From assembly GCF_020969955.1 (NCBI RefSeq), contig NZ_JAHDSX010000011.1, positions 32,398-64,397 of the forward strand: a DNA stretch of 32,000 bases. Reading direction: 5' to 3'. Under the pieces are notes generated by a model. It had not been told where the DNA came from. It did not search any database and was given only the letters and a program-made list of their open reading frames with translations. Below, one piece after another: positions 1-8,153 of this stretch. Source of the stretch: Allobaculum fili. Lineage in GTDB: Bacteria; Bacillota_I; Bacilli_A; Erysipelotrichales; Erysipelotrichaceae. Position 1 is the first letter of the stretch, and every line of letters begins with the position of its first letter. The translations under genes were made by a program, and so were the position numbers.

Positions 1-405
1 TGGATCCACTCCACCGGTCAGTCCGATTCGATGAAAGACTGCTGGGAAAAAGAAGTGAATCACGATGAATTCCTCGAAGCTATGGCCGATGCCGCGGAAA
101 GCGTAAACACCTTCTTCAAGGACAGCATTGTGTACATCAACTGCCTGGTCAACCTGTCCGTTGACTGCGACTGCTGCCATGTCGCTGAAGATCCGTGCAT
201 GAAAGATATCGGCATCATGATCTCCACCGACCCGGTTGCGATCGATCAGGCCTGCCTTGATATGGTCTACAGCTCCGATGACCCAGGACGTGATCACTTC
301 CTTGAACGTGTAGAGAGCCGTCATGGCGTTCACACGGTTGAAGCTGCCGCAGCTCTTGGCTTTGGAAATCGTGAATACGAACTGATCGACATCGACGAGA
401 AGTAA
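1..405 (+). CDS. DUF362-like domain protein, C-terminal fragment (5' end lies outside the window)
   Basis: Frame 1 is open from the window edge to TAA at 403-405. The C-terminal sequence (..NLSVDCDCCHVAEDPC..STDPVAIDQACLDMVY..) resembles the C-terminal part of DUF362-family proteins as I remember them. A strong terminator follows. Confidence 0.55.
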   Translation, partial: WIHSTGQSDSMKDCWEKEVNHDEFLEAMADAAESVNTFFKDSIVYINCLVNLSVDCDCCHVAEDPCMKDIGIMISTDPVAIDQACLDMVYSSDDPGRDHFLERVESRHGVHTVEAAAALGFGNREYELIDIDEK

Positions 406-465
406 GTCCGATTCAATCTCTATACCATCCAGTACTGAACTCCAGTACTGAGCACTGAACAGCAG

Positions 466-511
466 AAGTCCTCTGCCCTTCCCAGAATTCTGGGTGGCAG
501 AGGACTTTTTA
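466..511 (+). terminator. Rho-independent terminator of the DUF362-like gene
   Basis: 12-bp stem aagtcctctgcc (466-477) / ggcagaggactt (496-507), extended by the inner palindrome cccagaattctggg (481-494), then a T-run at 506-510. Confidence 0.8.
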
Positions 512-629
512 CGTTTTGGCGTCTGAAGTATCCGGCCGTTTGAAAACCTGGGCCGGGCCCCGTTGCGGGTCGTTCTGGCCGCAGCCGGATCAACGGGACA
601 CCTGCCCGTTTCTTCGCGCCTTTTTTCCA

Positions 630-666
630 AACAAAAACCCCGTGTTCGATCGAGAGAACACGGGGT
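630..666 (-). terminator. Rho-independent terminator ending the mgl operon
   Basis: The minus strand reads caccccgtgttctctcgatcgaacacggggTTTTTGTTTGG. A GC-rich 9-10 bp stem is followed by a T-run, 55 nt after the stop of the 719..1093 gene. Confidence 0.8.
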
Positions 667-718
667 GTATTGCCTGAAGCTTAAGGGGGGGGGAAAATGA
701 ATGATCAAATGAACTGAG

Positions 719-1093
719 TCAATCGGTTTCCGGTTCCCAGCCGGCAAAGAGCTGCATATCGCCTTCGACTAGAAGAGAGCTATCCGCAGGCATTGTGCAG
801 TTTTCGTCCGTATACCAGCCTGTAAAGCGGTAGCCTTCACGGACAGGGGCATCAGCTAAACTCAGAGCGTCCTGGAACTGGTAGACCTGAGAGGGTACAT
901 CGCTTCCGCCCTTGGAATTATAGGAAACTGCGTAACCATCTTTTCGCGTACCGAGGTACATCAACAAACACAAGAGAATGCATCCCGCAATGATTACAAT
1001 TCCCAGAGTGCGCGTGGAGACGTTCAGATTCTTATACAGTCCGCCATCGGGTTGGAGATCCGTTGGGGTCTCAGAATGATTTTTCTCATTCAT
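719..1093 (-). CDS. Small single-pass membrane protein with one Listeria/Bacteroides repeat (InlB B-repeat, Flg_new type)
   Basis: 124-aa ORF. It has an N-terminal TM helix (LGIVIIAGCILLCLLMYL), then AVSYNSKGGSDVPSQ...PVREGYRFTGWYTDENC...LFAGWEP, which matches the Flg_new repeat signature (GGs...p.reGY.F.GWYtd....ya.W). It starts 9 nt after the mglC stop. Confidence 0.7.
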   Translation of the reverse strand: MNEKNHSETPTDLQPDGGLYKNLNVSTRTLGIVIIAGCILLCLLMYLGTRKDGYAVSYNSKGGSDVPSQVYQFQDALSLADAPVREGYRFTGWYTDENCTMPADSSLLVEGDMQLFAGWEPETD

Positions 1094-1102
1094 AATGGGG
1101 TT

Positions 1103-2182
1103 TTATTTCTTCGTCAGGTACTTACGCATGTCGATCGCGCAGGCAACGAGGATGATAATACCCTTAATAATGTACAGGTAGTTCTGGTCAACGGACATAT
1201 AGTTCAGACCAGTAAAGATAATCTGCAGCAGGAGTACGCCGATTACGATACCGGAGATACGTCCAGTACCACCGACGAAGGAAACGCCGCCAATTACGCA
1301 AGCCGCGATGGCGTCACACTCGTAGTTGAAACCAGTGTTGGCGTTTACGGAAGCGATACGGGCACCGTCAATGAAACCTGTCAGAGAGTACATGATTGCC
1401 GCGAGAACGAAAACCATGATGATTGTGCGGGAAACGTTAACACCAGAAACGGTAGCTGCTTCTTCGTTGGAACCAACTGCAAACATGTTTTTACCGAAGG
1501 TTGTCTTGTTCCAGATGATCCACATAACGACAACCATGAGGATGGCGTACAGTACGTACATTGGGATCTTAGAAGCGCCGATGGAGAAGATCGTACCCGT
1601 AACGATGTCACGGTAAGTCTGGTCGAATCCGGAAAGAGTCTGGCCGTTGTTCGTACCGAGCTTGAGGTAGATCAGGATGATACCGTAAGTGATCAGCTGT
1701 GTAGCCAGGGTTACGATAAATGGATGGAGCTTAAATTTCGCAACGGAGAAGCCGTTTACGAAACCGATCAGTCCGCAGACTGCCATAGCAGCCAGAAGCG
1801 GAACAATGATTGGAAGAGGTTCGAGACCCGGGAAAATACGGTTATTGGTGATGGACATCGACGCGATGATTACAGCGGCGAGACCAACCATACGGCCGGC
1901 CGAAATATCGGTACCGGTCAGTACGATACATCCGCCGATACCCAGAGCGATCGGCAGTTTAGCAGCGGTCAGTGTGATGATGTTGACAATCGAAGATACA
2001 GAGAAGTATTTCGGTTCGCGGATACCGATGAAGATGACCGCAATGAGGATGATGATGTACATTGCGTTGTTGAGAAGGAGGTTCGTGATGGCACGTTTTT
2101 TGTCCTTCGCATCCATCTGCTTGTAATCATCCATCCACACCTGCATGCGATTCCGCTTTTTTGCTTTTGTGTTTTCAGACAT
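1103..2182 (-). CDS. mglC: Galactose/methyl-galactoside ABC transporter permease
   Basis: 359-aa polytopic membrane ORF with typical MglC/RbsC-family sequence (..TGTDISAGRMVGLAAV.., ..GGVSFVGGTGRISG..). It lies directly downstream of mglA in the same operon. Confidence 0.85.
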   Translation of the reverse strand: MSENTKAKKRNRMQVWMDDYKQMDAKDKKRAITNLLLNNAMYIIILIAVIFIGIREPKYFSVSSIVNIITLTAAKLPIALGIGGCIVLTGTDISAGRMVGLAAVIIASMSITNNRIFPGLEPLPIIVPLLAAMAVCGLIGFVNGFSVAKFKLHPFIVTLATQLITYGIILIYLKLGTNNGQTLSGFDQTYRDIVTGTIFSIGASKIPMYVLYAILMVVVMWIIWNKTTFGKNMFAVGSNEEAATVSGVNVSRTIIMVFVLAAIMYSLTGFIDGARIASVNANTGFNYECDAIAACVIGGVSFVGGTGRISGIVIGVLLLQIIFTGLNYMSVDQNYLYIIKGIIILVACAIDMRKYLTKK

Positions 2183-2197
2183 TTTAATATTTCCTCT

Positions 2198-3736
2198 TTA
2201 TACGTATTTCGCAGCCAGAGTCATAATTTCTTCCTGGCTTGTGTTATCCGCATCTACCTCGCCGGCAAGACGACCGCCGGACATAACCAGAATACGGTTG
2301 CAGACGCCGAGCAGTTCCGGCATCTCAGATGAAACCATCATGACTGTCTTGCCCTGTTTCGCCAGGTTCGAGATCAGTTCGTAGATTTCATATTTGGCAC
2401 CTACGTCAATACCGCGCGTCGGTTCATCCAGCAGCAGAATTTCCGGTTCGGTCAGCAGCCAGCGTCCAAGAATTACTTTCTGCTGGTTACCGCCGGACAG
2501 AGACGAGATTTTCGTCGCCTGACTCGGTGTCTTAATGCGCATGGCGCCAATGGACCAGTCCGTATCTTTCTTCATTGCCGCATCGGAAAGAAGACCGGCT
2601 TTGAGATAGCTTTTAAGGTTGGAAATAGTTGTGTTGGCACGGATGTCCAGAATACCGAAGATACCGGTGGCGCGGCGTTCTTCAGTCAGAAGAGCAAAAC
2701 CGTTGGCAAGAGCCTTTTTCGGGTTTTTGTTATGGATTTCCTGACCATGCAGGAAGATCTGTCCATCCTTGCGAGTGGCGTAGCCGAAGATTGTTTCGAG
2801 CAGTTCTGTACGACCTGCACCATCCAGACCGGCAACACCAAGGATTTCACCTTTGTGTGCCTTGAAGGATACATCGTTCAGCTGGTTGTAAAGAGCGGTG
2901 AGGTTCTTTACTTCAAGAGATACTTCATCGGATACAACATTGTCCTTGGGCGGGAAGCGGTTCGTAAGTTCACGGCCGACCATCAGTTTGATGATCTTGT
3001 TCATATCCATGTTTTCCGTTACTTCCGTAGCAACCCAGGTACCATCACGCATGACGGTGATTTCGTCGGAGATGCGCAGAATTTCGTCCATCTTGTGGGA
3101 GATGTAAATAATGGCAACACCGCGATCACGCAGCATGTTGATAATCTTGAAAAGGTGTTCTACTTCTTCTTCCGTAAGGGAGGAAGTCGGTTCGTCAAAT
3201 ACGATTACCTTCGAATGGAAGGATACGGCTTTGGCGATTTCAACCATCTGTCGCTGAGCGACTGGCATCGTTGACATTACGGTTCGTGGATCGACATCGA
3301 TTTCGAGTTCATCGAATACCGCTTTCGTATCCTTGAGCATTGTTGCTTCAGAAACGAAACCGTTTTTTGTCGGATAGCGACCCAGCCAGAGGTTGTCCAT
3401 AACGTTGCGCTTAAGCGCCTGGTTCAGTTCCTGGTGAACCATGGCAACACCGTTTTCGAGCGCTTCTTTGGAGTTTTTGAAGTTAACCTCTTTGTCTTCG
3501 AGGATGATGGTTCCACTGTCTTTGTTGTAAACGCCGAAGAGGCATTTCATCAGAGTGGATTTACCGGCACCATTTTCACCCATCAGTGCGTGTACGCTTC
3601 CGGCGCGGACGTTCAGAGAAACGCCGTCGAGCGCTTTAACACCAGGGAACTGCTTGGTGATTTCCTTCATCTGGAGGACAACGGGATGTGCTTCTTTCCA
3701 AGCTGCGTCATGAACAGTTGGATTTACCTGAGACAT
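2198..3736 (-). CDS. mglA: Galactose/methyl-galactoside ABC transporter ATP-binding protein (duplicated ATPase)
   Basis: 512 aa with near-colinear similarity to E. coli MglA as recalled ([35 protein letters not shown]...EALENG..MVHQELN...[35 protein letters not shown]). Two Walker A / signature motif sets are present. Confidence 0.92.
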   Translation of the reverse strand: MSQVNPTVHDAAWKEAHPVVLQMKEITKQFPGVKALDGVSLNVRAGSVHALMGENGAGKSTLMKCLFGVYNKDSGTIILEDKEVNFKNSKEALENGVAMVHQELNQALKRNVMDNLWLGRYPTKNGFVSEATMLKDTKAVFDELEIDVDPRTVMSTMPVAQRQMVEIAKAVSFHSKVIVFDEPTSSLTEEEVEHLFKIINMLRDRGVAIIYISHKMDEILRISDEITVMRDGTWVATEVTENMDMNKIIKLMVGRELTNRFPPKDNVVSDEVSLEVKNLTALYNQLNDVSFKAHKGEILGVAGLDGAGRTELLETIFGYATRKDGQIFLHGQEIHNKNPKKALANGFALLTEERRATGIFGILDIRANTTISNLKSYLKAGLLSDAAMKKDTDWSIGAMRIKTPSQATKISSLSGGNQQKVILGRWLLTEPEILLLDEPTRGIDVGAKYEIYELISNLAKQGKTVMMVSSEMPELLGVCNRILVMSGGRLAGEVDADNTSQEEIMTLAAKYV

Positions 3737-3777
3737 TTCGTTTTTCCTTTCGTATTTCTATGTGATCGCCTGATTCG

Positions 3778-3808
3778 AAATCAGCCACGGGGAACCCGTG
3801 GCTGATTT
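3778..3808 (-). promoter_or_regulatory. Intercistronic perfect stem-loop between mglB and mglA (partial terminator or mRNA stabiliser)
   Basis: 14-bp perfect stem aaatcagccacggg / cccgtggctgattt with a 3-nt loop. There is no long U-tail. The position after the binding-protein gene is the classic place for differential-expression hairpins in ABC operons. Confidence 0.6.
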
Positions 3809-3855
3809 TGGAATCATTGCGGTTTTAAACTGATTCTGTTTCCTGCAGCGGGAAA

Positions 3856-4974
3856 TTAGTCAGCTTTGTATTCGGAATAAGGAATGTTAATACGCCATGT
3901 TCCGACTACGTTTGCAGAATCGAGGCCTTCGAATTTGTCTTTTCCAGCCATCATGTTCTGAACCATCTGGCAGATCGCAGCGGCCATACCTTCGCCATCC
4001 TGTTTGATGGTACCAGTCATTTTGCCTTCGTCGATTGCTGTCTTCGCATCGTCAAGAGCGTCTACGCCGAAGATAGGAATGGTCTTGCCTTCGCCGTCGT
4101 TGTAGCCAGCGTTCTGCAGAGCGGACAGAGCACCAAGAGCCATACCGTCATTGTTTGCGATAACGAGCTCGATCATGTCGCCGTTTTCTTCGTTGTACTG
4201 GGACAGAGCGTTCTGAACGATATCAGTACCCTGAGCAGCAGACCATGCACCGTCTTTGTCCAGTTCGTATTTTGTAGGAGCGTCAGCTTTGTAGTAAGCG
4301 AGAGCTTCGTGGCCTTCTTCAGCCAGTTTAGCGTCAGCGTTTTCTACACCGTATTGTGTACGAGCGTCAGCTTCAGCGTTGCCTTCCTGGCCTTTCAGCA
4401 TGATGTAGGAGATTACACCGTCGCCGTTCAGGTCAGTAGCATCGTAGTTTGCGTTCAGGTATTCACCGATCATGTCACCCTGCATTTTGCCAGCCATTTC
4501 GTAGTCAGTACCTACGAAAGCAGCTTTGTCGTAAGCAGAGATAACTTCTTCGTCAACGGAACGGTTGAAGAAGATTACTGGGATACCAGCAGTTTCAGCC
4601 TGGGTGATGATTTCTTTCGCAGCATCCTGGGAAGCTGTGTCAACCAGGTTTACAACGAGGCACTTGGATCCTTTGGAGATCGCTGTCTGTACCTGTTCAG
4701 TCTGAGTAGTCTGGCTGTTGCCGCCATCGTAGTCAGCGTAGGTGATTCCTGCATCTTCGAGGTCTTTGTCGAGAGCTGCACGAACTGTGGAGATATAGTC
4801 GTCGCCGTATGTGTAGTAGAATACGGAAACTTCGCCTTCTCCTCCAGCAGAACCGGAGTCAGCTGTGGAGGAAGCTGTGCTGCTTGTGGAGCCGCCGTCG
4901 CTGCTGCCGCAAGCTGCCAGGGACAGGGCCATAGCACCTGCCATCATGGTTTTAAAGAGTTTGTTGAGTTCCAT
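3856..4974 (-). CDS. mglB: Galactose/glucose ABC transporter substrate-binding lipoprotein
   Basis: 372 aa. It has a signal peptide with lipobox LSLAAC, a Ser/Gly/Thr linker, then a periplasmic-binding-protein type-1 fold sequence similar to MglB (..VVNLVDT.., ..IANNDGMALGA..). It is the first gene of the mglBAC arrangement. Confidence 0.75.
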   Translation of the reverse strand: MELNKLFKTMMAGAMALSLAACGSSDGGSTSSTASSTADSGSAGGEGEVSVFYYTYGDDYISTVRAALDKDLEDAGITYADYDGGNSQTTQTEQVQTAISKGSKCLVVNLVDTASQDAAKEIITQAETAGIPVIFFNRSVDEEVISAYDKAAFVGTDYEMAGKMQGDMIGEYLNANYDATDLNGDGVISYIMLKGQEGNAEADARTQYGVENADAKLAEEGHEALAYYKADAPTKYELDKDGAWSAAQGTDIVQNALSQYNEENGDMIELVIANNDGMALGALSALQNAGYNDGEGKTIPIFGVDALDDAKTAIDEGKMTGTIKQDGEGMAAAICQMVQNMMAGKDKFEGLDSANVVGTWRINIPYSEYKAD

Positions 4975-5049
4975 AGTACTTAAGTGTACCCTTTCTATTT
5001 CTCGTCTCTTACGAGAGTTCCGCGGAATTGCGGAAGAATTTACATGTGA

Positions 5050-5058
5050 ACTATAACA
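5050..5058 (-). promoter_or_regulatory. Candidate extended -10 promoter element for the mgl operon
   Basis: The minus strand reads TGtTATAGT (extended -10), about 75 nt upstream of the mglB ATG in an AT-rich region. The -35 (TTGTTT at 17-nt spacing) is weak. Confidence 0.35.
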
Positions 5059-5312
5059 TAGGCATTTGTTTTAAACAACAGATTCTGAAAGGGTTTTCGC
5101 TGGTTTTCGGTAAATTTTTATTCAATATGTTCGGTTAAAGGTTTCTTCGTTTAACTAAATATCAAAGTTAATTTTACTTAACTTTTCTTTTTGAGCGTAA
5201 GAATTGCTTAACCTGTAGCTATTTTCCCTTTATGCGCCCTTTGTCCTGCAGCTTCTTCCGGTGTTTTTTTATGAGATTCCTCCATAGGCACCCGTCCTTT
5301 TCCGTATTTACG

Positions 5313-5349
5313 CAGAAAAAAAGCAGGAGCACTCTATTCTCTCCTGCTT
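5313..5349 (-). terminator. Rho-independent terminator of the metG / small-membrane-protein operon
   Basis: The minus strand reads agcaggag-agaatagagtg-ctcctgct followed by TTTTTTTT, about 70 nt after the 5422 stop. Confidence 0.8.
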
Positions 5350-5421
5350 TATGTGATTTTATGGGTCGGAAATTCAGCGTCCAGACACAGGGGCGACAAG
5401 TCGGATCGAATAAGCAGACAA

Positions 5422-5799
5422 TCATTCCGTTTTGTCTGTTTCGGCTCTCATACGGTCGCACTTTTCTTTTTGCGATGTCAGCTCTGCCGGATCGGCTGGA
5501 TCCTCTGGCTTGAGATCCCCATCCTTTTGTGCTTCTTCGGCTTTGCTGCCTTTTTCGGTTTCTTTAGCCTTTTCGTCTTCTTTGGCTCTGGCGATGATCT
5601 CGTCCAGACTTTCGTCGGGCGTGACGTCTTCTTCAATCATCCTGGGAAGAATCCGTGCGCGGATGGCGCCATAGGCGCAGACGACGGCACCAAGAACAAT
5701 CAGTTCCGTCCGATCCCAGACAAAGCCGAAAACCATAATCAGCACGCCGGCAAGCGCCAGCTGGATCTGGGTAAACAGCAGTTTCTGTCTTGGGGTCAT
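5422..5799 (-). CDS. Hypothetical small membrane protein (two TM helices, charged Lys/Glu/Asp-rich tail)
   Basis: 125-aa ORF. Its ATG shares one nucleotide with the metG TGA (tgATG at 5797-5801). The N-terminus is hydrophobic (LALAGVLIMVFGFVW, LIVLGAVVCAYGAI). I recognise no family. Confidence 0.55.
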   Translation of the reverse strand: MTPRQKLLFTQIQLALAGVLIMVFGFVWDRTELIVLGAVVCAYGAIRARILPRMIEEDVTPDESLDEIIARAKEDEKAKETEKGSKAEEAQKDGDLKPEDPADPAELTSQKEKCDRMRAETDKTE

Positions 5800-7781
5800 C
5801 AGCGAATGGTCGTTCCGGGTTCAACGGCGTCATCCAGGAAGACAACGGCAGGCTTGCCGTCCTTGCCCACGCTGCACAGCAGCATGCCCTGACTTTCCAC
5901 GCCGCGCAGTTTAGCCGGCTTCAGGTTGGCGACAACGACAACCATTTTTCCCTGAATGTCTTCCGGCGCATACGCCTGTGCAATGCCGGAAACGATCTGG
6001 CGGACATCGCCGTTTCCAAGATCGACGGTTTCCACAAGCAGGCGGTTTGCGTCTGGATGAACTTTGGCTTCAAGAACGCGGCCGGCTTTCAGAGACACTT
6101 TCGCAAAGTCATCGATCTCGATCGGCTCTGCGGGCTTCTCTTCTTTTTTGGAGGCCTTCTTCTCTTTTTTCTTTTCTTTCTTCGCGGCTTTTTCGGGTTC
6201 TTCCTGCGTCAGGCCGTTTTCTTTCGCAAACTTGGCGGCATCAATACGCGCAAAGAGCGGTTCGATCTTTTCGGCGACATGAATGCCCTGTTCGAGCGCA
6301 CCGAAATGACGGGCGGAATCGAGCGTGCGTTCCTTTGTGTTGAGCGCATCGAGAATTTTTGCCGAAGTTTCGGGCATGAAGCTTTCGAGCAGAATGCCGG
6401 CAATGCGGATGCTTTCGAGCAGGTTGTACAGAACCGTTTTCAGACGCGGCAGATCCTCTTCGGATTTGGCCAGCTTCCACGGTTCGGTTTCATCAATGTA
6501 TTTATTGGAACGGCGCAGAAGGGTGAAGATTTCGTCGAGCGCAGCGCTGACCTGGAAGTCTTCCATCTTCTCTTCGGTTTTCACCACCGCATTTTCGGCA
6601 GCTGCTTTGAGTTCGTCATCGACCGGTGCAGTCACGCCTGGATTTTCGACAAGACCGTCAAAGTACTTGTTTTCCATGGCAATCGTCCGGCTGACGAGGT
6701 TTCCAAGGACGTTGGCCAGATCGGAGTTGATGCGTTCGATCATCAGATCCCACGTAATCGTTCCGTCCTGTGCAAACGGCATTTCGTGCAGGCAGTAGTA
6801 GCGAACGGCGTCGACGCCGAAATGTTCAACGAGTTCTTCGGCGTAAATGACGTTGCCTTTGGATTTGGACATTTTGCCCTCTCCAATTAACATCCACGGA
6901 TGACCGAAGACTTTTTTGGGCATCGGCAGATCGAGCGCCATCAGGAAGATCGGCCAGTAAATGGTATGGAAGCGAAGAATGTCCTTGCCGATAATGTGAG
7001 TCGCCGGCCAGAACTTCTTAAAGGCTTCCGGCTGTTCTTCGCAGGGCAGATCGGCATCGTAGCCAAGCGACGTAATATAGTTTGTCAGCGCATCGAGCCA
7101 TACATAGACAACGTGCTTGCTGTCGAAATCGACCGGGATGCCCCAGGAGAAGGACGTGCGGGATACGCACAGATCCTGCAGACCGGGTTTGAGGAAGTTG
7201 TTGACCATTTCGTTTTTGCGGCTTTCGGGCTGAATGAAATCCGGATGATCCTCAATATACTTCATCAGACGATCCGCGTATTTGCGCATGTTGAAGAAGT
7301 AGGCTTCTTCTCTCGCTTTGTGAACGGGTCTTCCGCAGTCCGGGCAGTTGCCGTCCACGAGCTGCGACTCGGTCCAGAACGATTCGCAGGGTGTACAGTA
7401 CCAGCCTTCGTATTCGCCTTTGTAAATGTCGCCCTGTTCATACAGACGACGGAAAATTTTCTGTACCGCTTTGACGTGCTTTTCGTCGGTGGTGCGGATG
7501 AAGCAGTCGTAGGACGTATTCATCAGATCCCAGTTGGAGCGGATTTTTCCGGCAACGTCATCGACGAAGGCCTGCGGCGTAATGCCTGCCGCGGCGGCTT
7601 TTTCTTCAATTTTCTGACCGTGTTCGTCGGTTCCGGTCTGAAAGAAGACATCGTAGCCCTGCGCCCGTTTAAAGCGGGCGAGCGCATCGGAGAGAATGAT
7701 CTCGTAGGTGTTTCCAATATGTGGTCTTCCTGACGTATACGCGATCGCGGTCGTCAGAAAGTAAGGCGTTTTCTCTGTCAT
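5799..7781 (-). CDS. metG: Methionine--tRNA ligase with C-terminal tRNA-binding (EMAP/Trbp111-like) domain
   Basis: Class I aaRS motifs are present: HIGN (..GRPHIGNTYE..) and KMSKS (..GKMSKSKGN..), plus the zinc knuckle CPDCG. The C-terminal tRNA-binding domain follows a Lys-rich linker. I trimmed the start from 7934 to ATG 7781 (MTEKTPYFLTT..), which is preceded by GAAAGGAAG. Confidence 0.93.
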   Translation of the reverse strand: MTEKTPYFLTTAIAYTSGRPHIGNTYEIILSDALARFKRAQGYDVFFQTGTDEHGQKIEEKAAAAGITPQAFVDDVAGKIRSNWDLMNTSYDCFIRTTDEKHVKAVQKIFRRLYEQGDIYKGEYEGWYCTPCESFWTESQLVDGNCPDCGRPVHKAREEAYFFNMRKYADRLMKYIEDHPDFIQPESRKNEMVNNFLKPGLQDLCVSRTSFSWGIPVDFDSKHVVYVWLDALTNYITSLGYDADLPCEEQPEAFKKFWPATHIIGKDILRFHTIYWPIFLMALDLPMPKKVFGHPWMLIGEGKMSKSKGNVIYAEELVEHFGVDAVRYYCLHEMPFAQDGTITWDLMIERINSDLANVLGNLVSRTIAMENKYFDGLVENPGVTAPVDDELKAAAENAVVKTEEKMEDFQVSAALDEIFTLLRRSNKYIDETEPWKLAKSEEDLPRLKTVLYNLLESIRIAGILLESFMPETSAKILDALNTKERTLDSARHFGALEQGIHVAEKIEPLFARIDAAKFAKENGLTQEEPEKAAKKEKKKEKKASKKEEKPAEPIEIDDFAKVSLKAGRVLEAKVHPDANRLLVETVDLGNGDVRQIVSGIAQAYAPEDIQGKMVVVVANLKPAKLRGVESQGMLLCSVGKDGKPAVVFLDDAVEPGTTIR

Positions 7782-7940
7782 GTACCTGTTGCTTCCTTTC
7801 TTGAGCGGCTTTCCTGAAAGCCAAAAAATCGCTTTTGCAGGTTCAGCGTGGCGGCTCCGGAATCTGTCTGGCGTTCGGTCTGTCTGTGCGTAAAGTGCAG
7901 CAGACAAAGCGCCCGTTCCGGCATGCCGATTCATTGAAAA

Positions 7941-7949
7941 ATTTTACCA
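7941..7949 (-). promoter_or_regulatory. Candidate extended -10 promoter for metG
   Basis: The minus strand reads TGgTAAAAT, about 160 nt upstream of the metG ATG. No good -35 is present. Confidence 0.3.
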
Positions 7950-8077
7950 CAAACCGGACCAATTCCATCTTTGCCCGCGAAATCCCTGCGCTCATGGCGA
8001 AAGTATGAAAAGCTTCTCGTGTTTATTTGTCGTTTTCATGCTTTGCGCAATCTTGCGGCACCAATCGAAGCGAGCAA

Positions 8078-8119
8078 AAGTAAAAACAGATCCCGCCCTG
8101 AACAAACAGGGCGGGATCC
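8078..8119 (-). terminator. Rho-independent terminator after the RDD-PHP gene
   Basis: 12-bp perfect stem gatcccgccctg / cagggcgggatc with a 6-nt loop. On the minus strand it is followed by TGTTTTTACTTTT. Confidence 0.85.
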
Positions 8120-8153
8120 TTGTGCCTTTGAACATTCTAAAGCAGTAAAGCGA

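Noticed and set aside
685-693. G9 homopolymer (C9 on the coding strand of the neighbouring gene), a possible phase-variation tract.
   Set aside because: It lies 25 nt downstream of the stop codon of 719..1093 and upstream of the terminator. Slippage there cannot change a reading frame or promoter spacing, so it has no obvious functional consequence.
1052-2332. 426-aa plus-strand ORF, plus shorter plus-strand ORFs, overlapping mglC and mglA.
   Set aside because: It is antisense to a confidently identified permease gene. The translation is Asp/Asn/Val/His-rich and low-complexity with no family resemblance. This is a shadow ORF.
5086-5099. cre-like sequence TGAAAGGGTTTTCG in the mgl promoter region, and the near-palindrome TTGTTTTAAACAA at about 5066-5080.
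   Set aside because: The cre-like site mismatches the conserved central CG and the terminal A, and the near-palindrome is off register by one base. This is too weak to call without comparative data.
7782-7940. Possible T-box or other riboswitch in the ~150-nt metG leader. Hairpins are present, for example tgtctg..cagaca and ggctttc-ag-gaaagcc.
   Set aside because: There is no T-box sequence (..GGTGGTACCGCG..), no AGAGA/GNUGGA stem-I elements, and no terminator hairpin + U-run. The leader is also shorter than typical T-box leaders. I left it as an unclassified leader.
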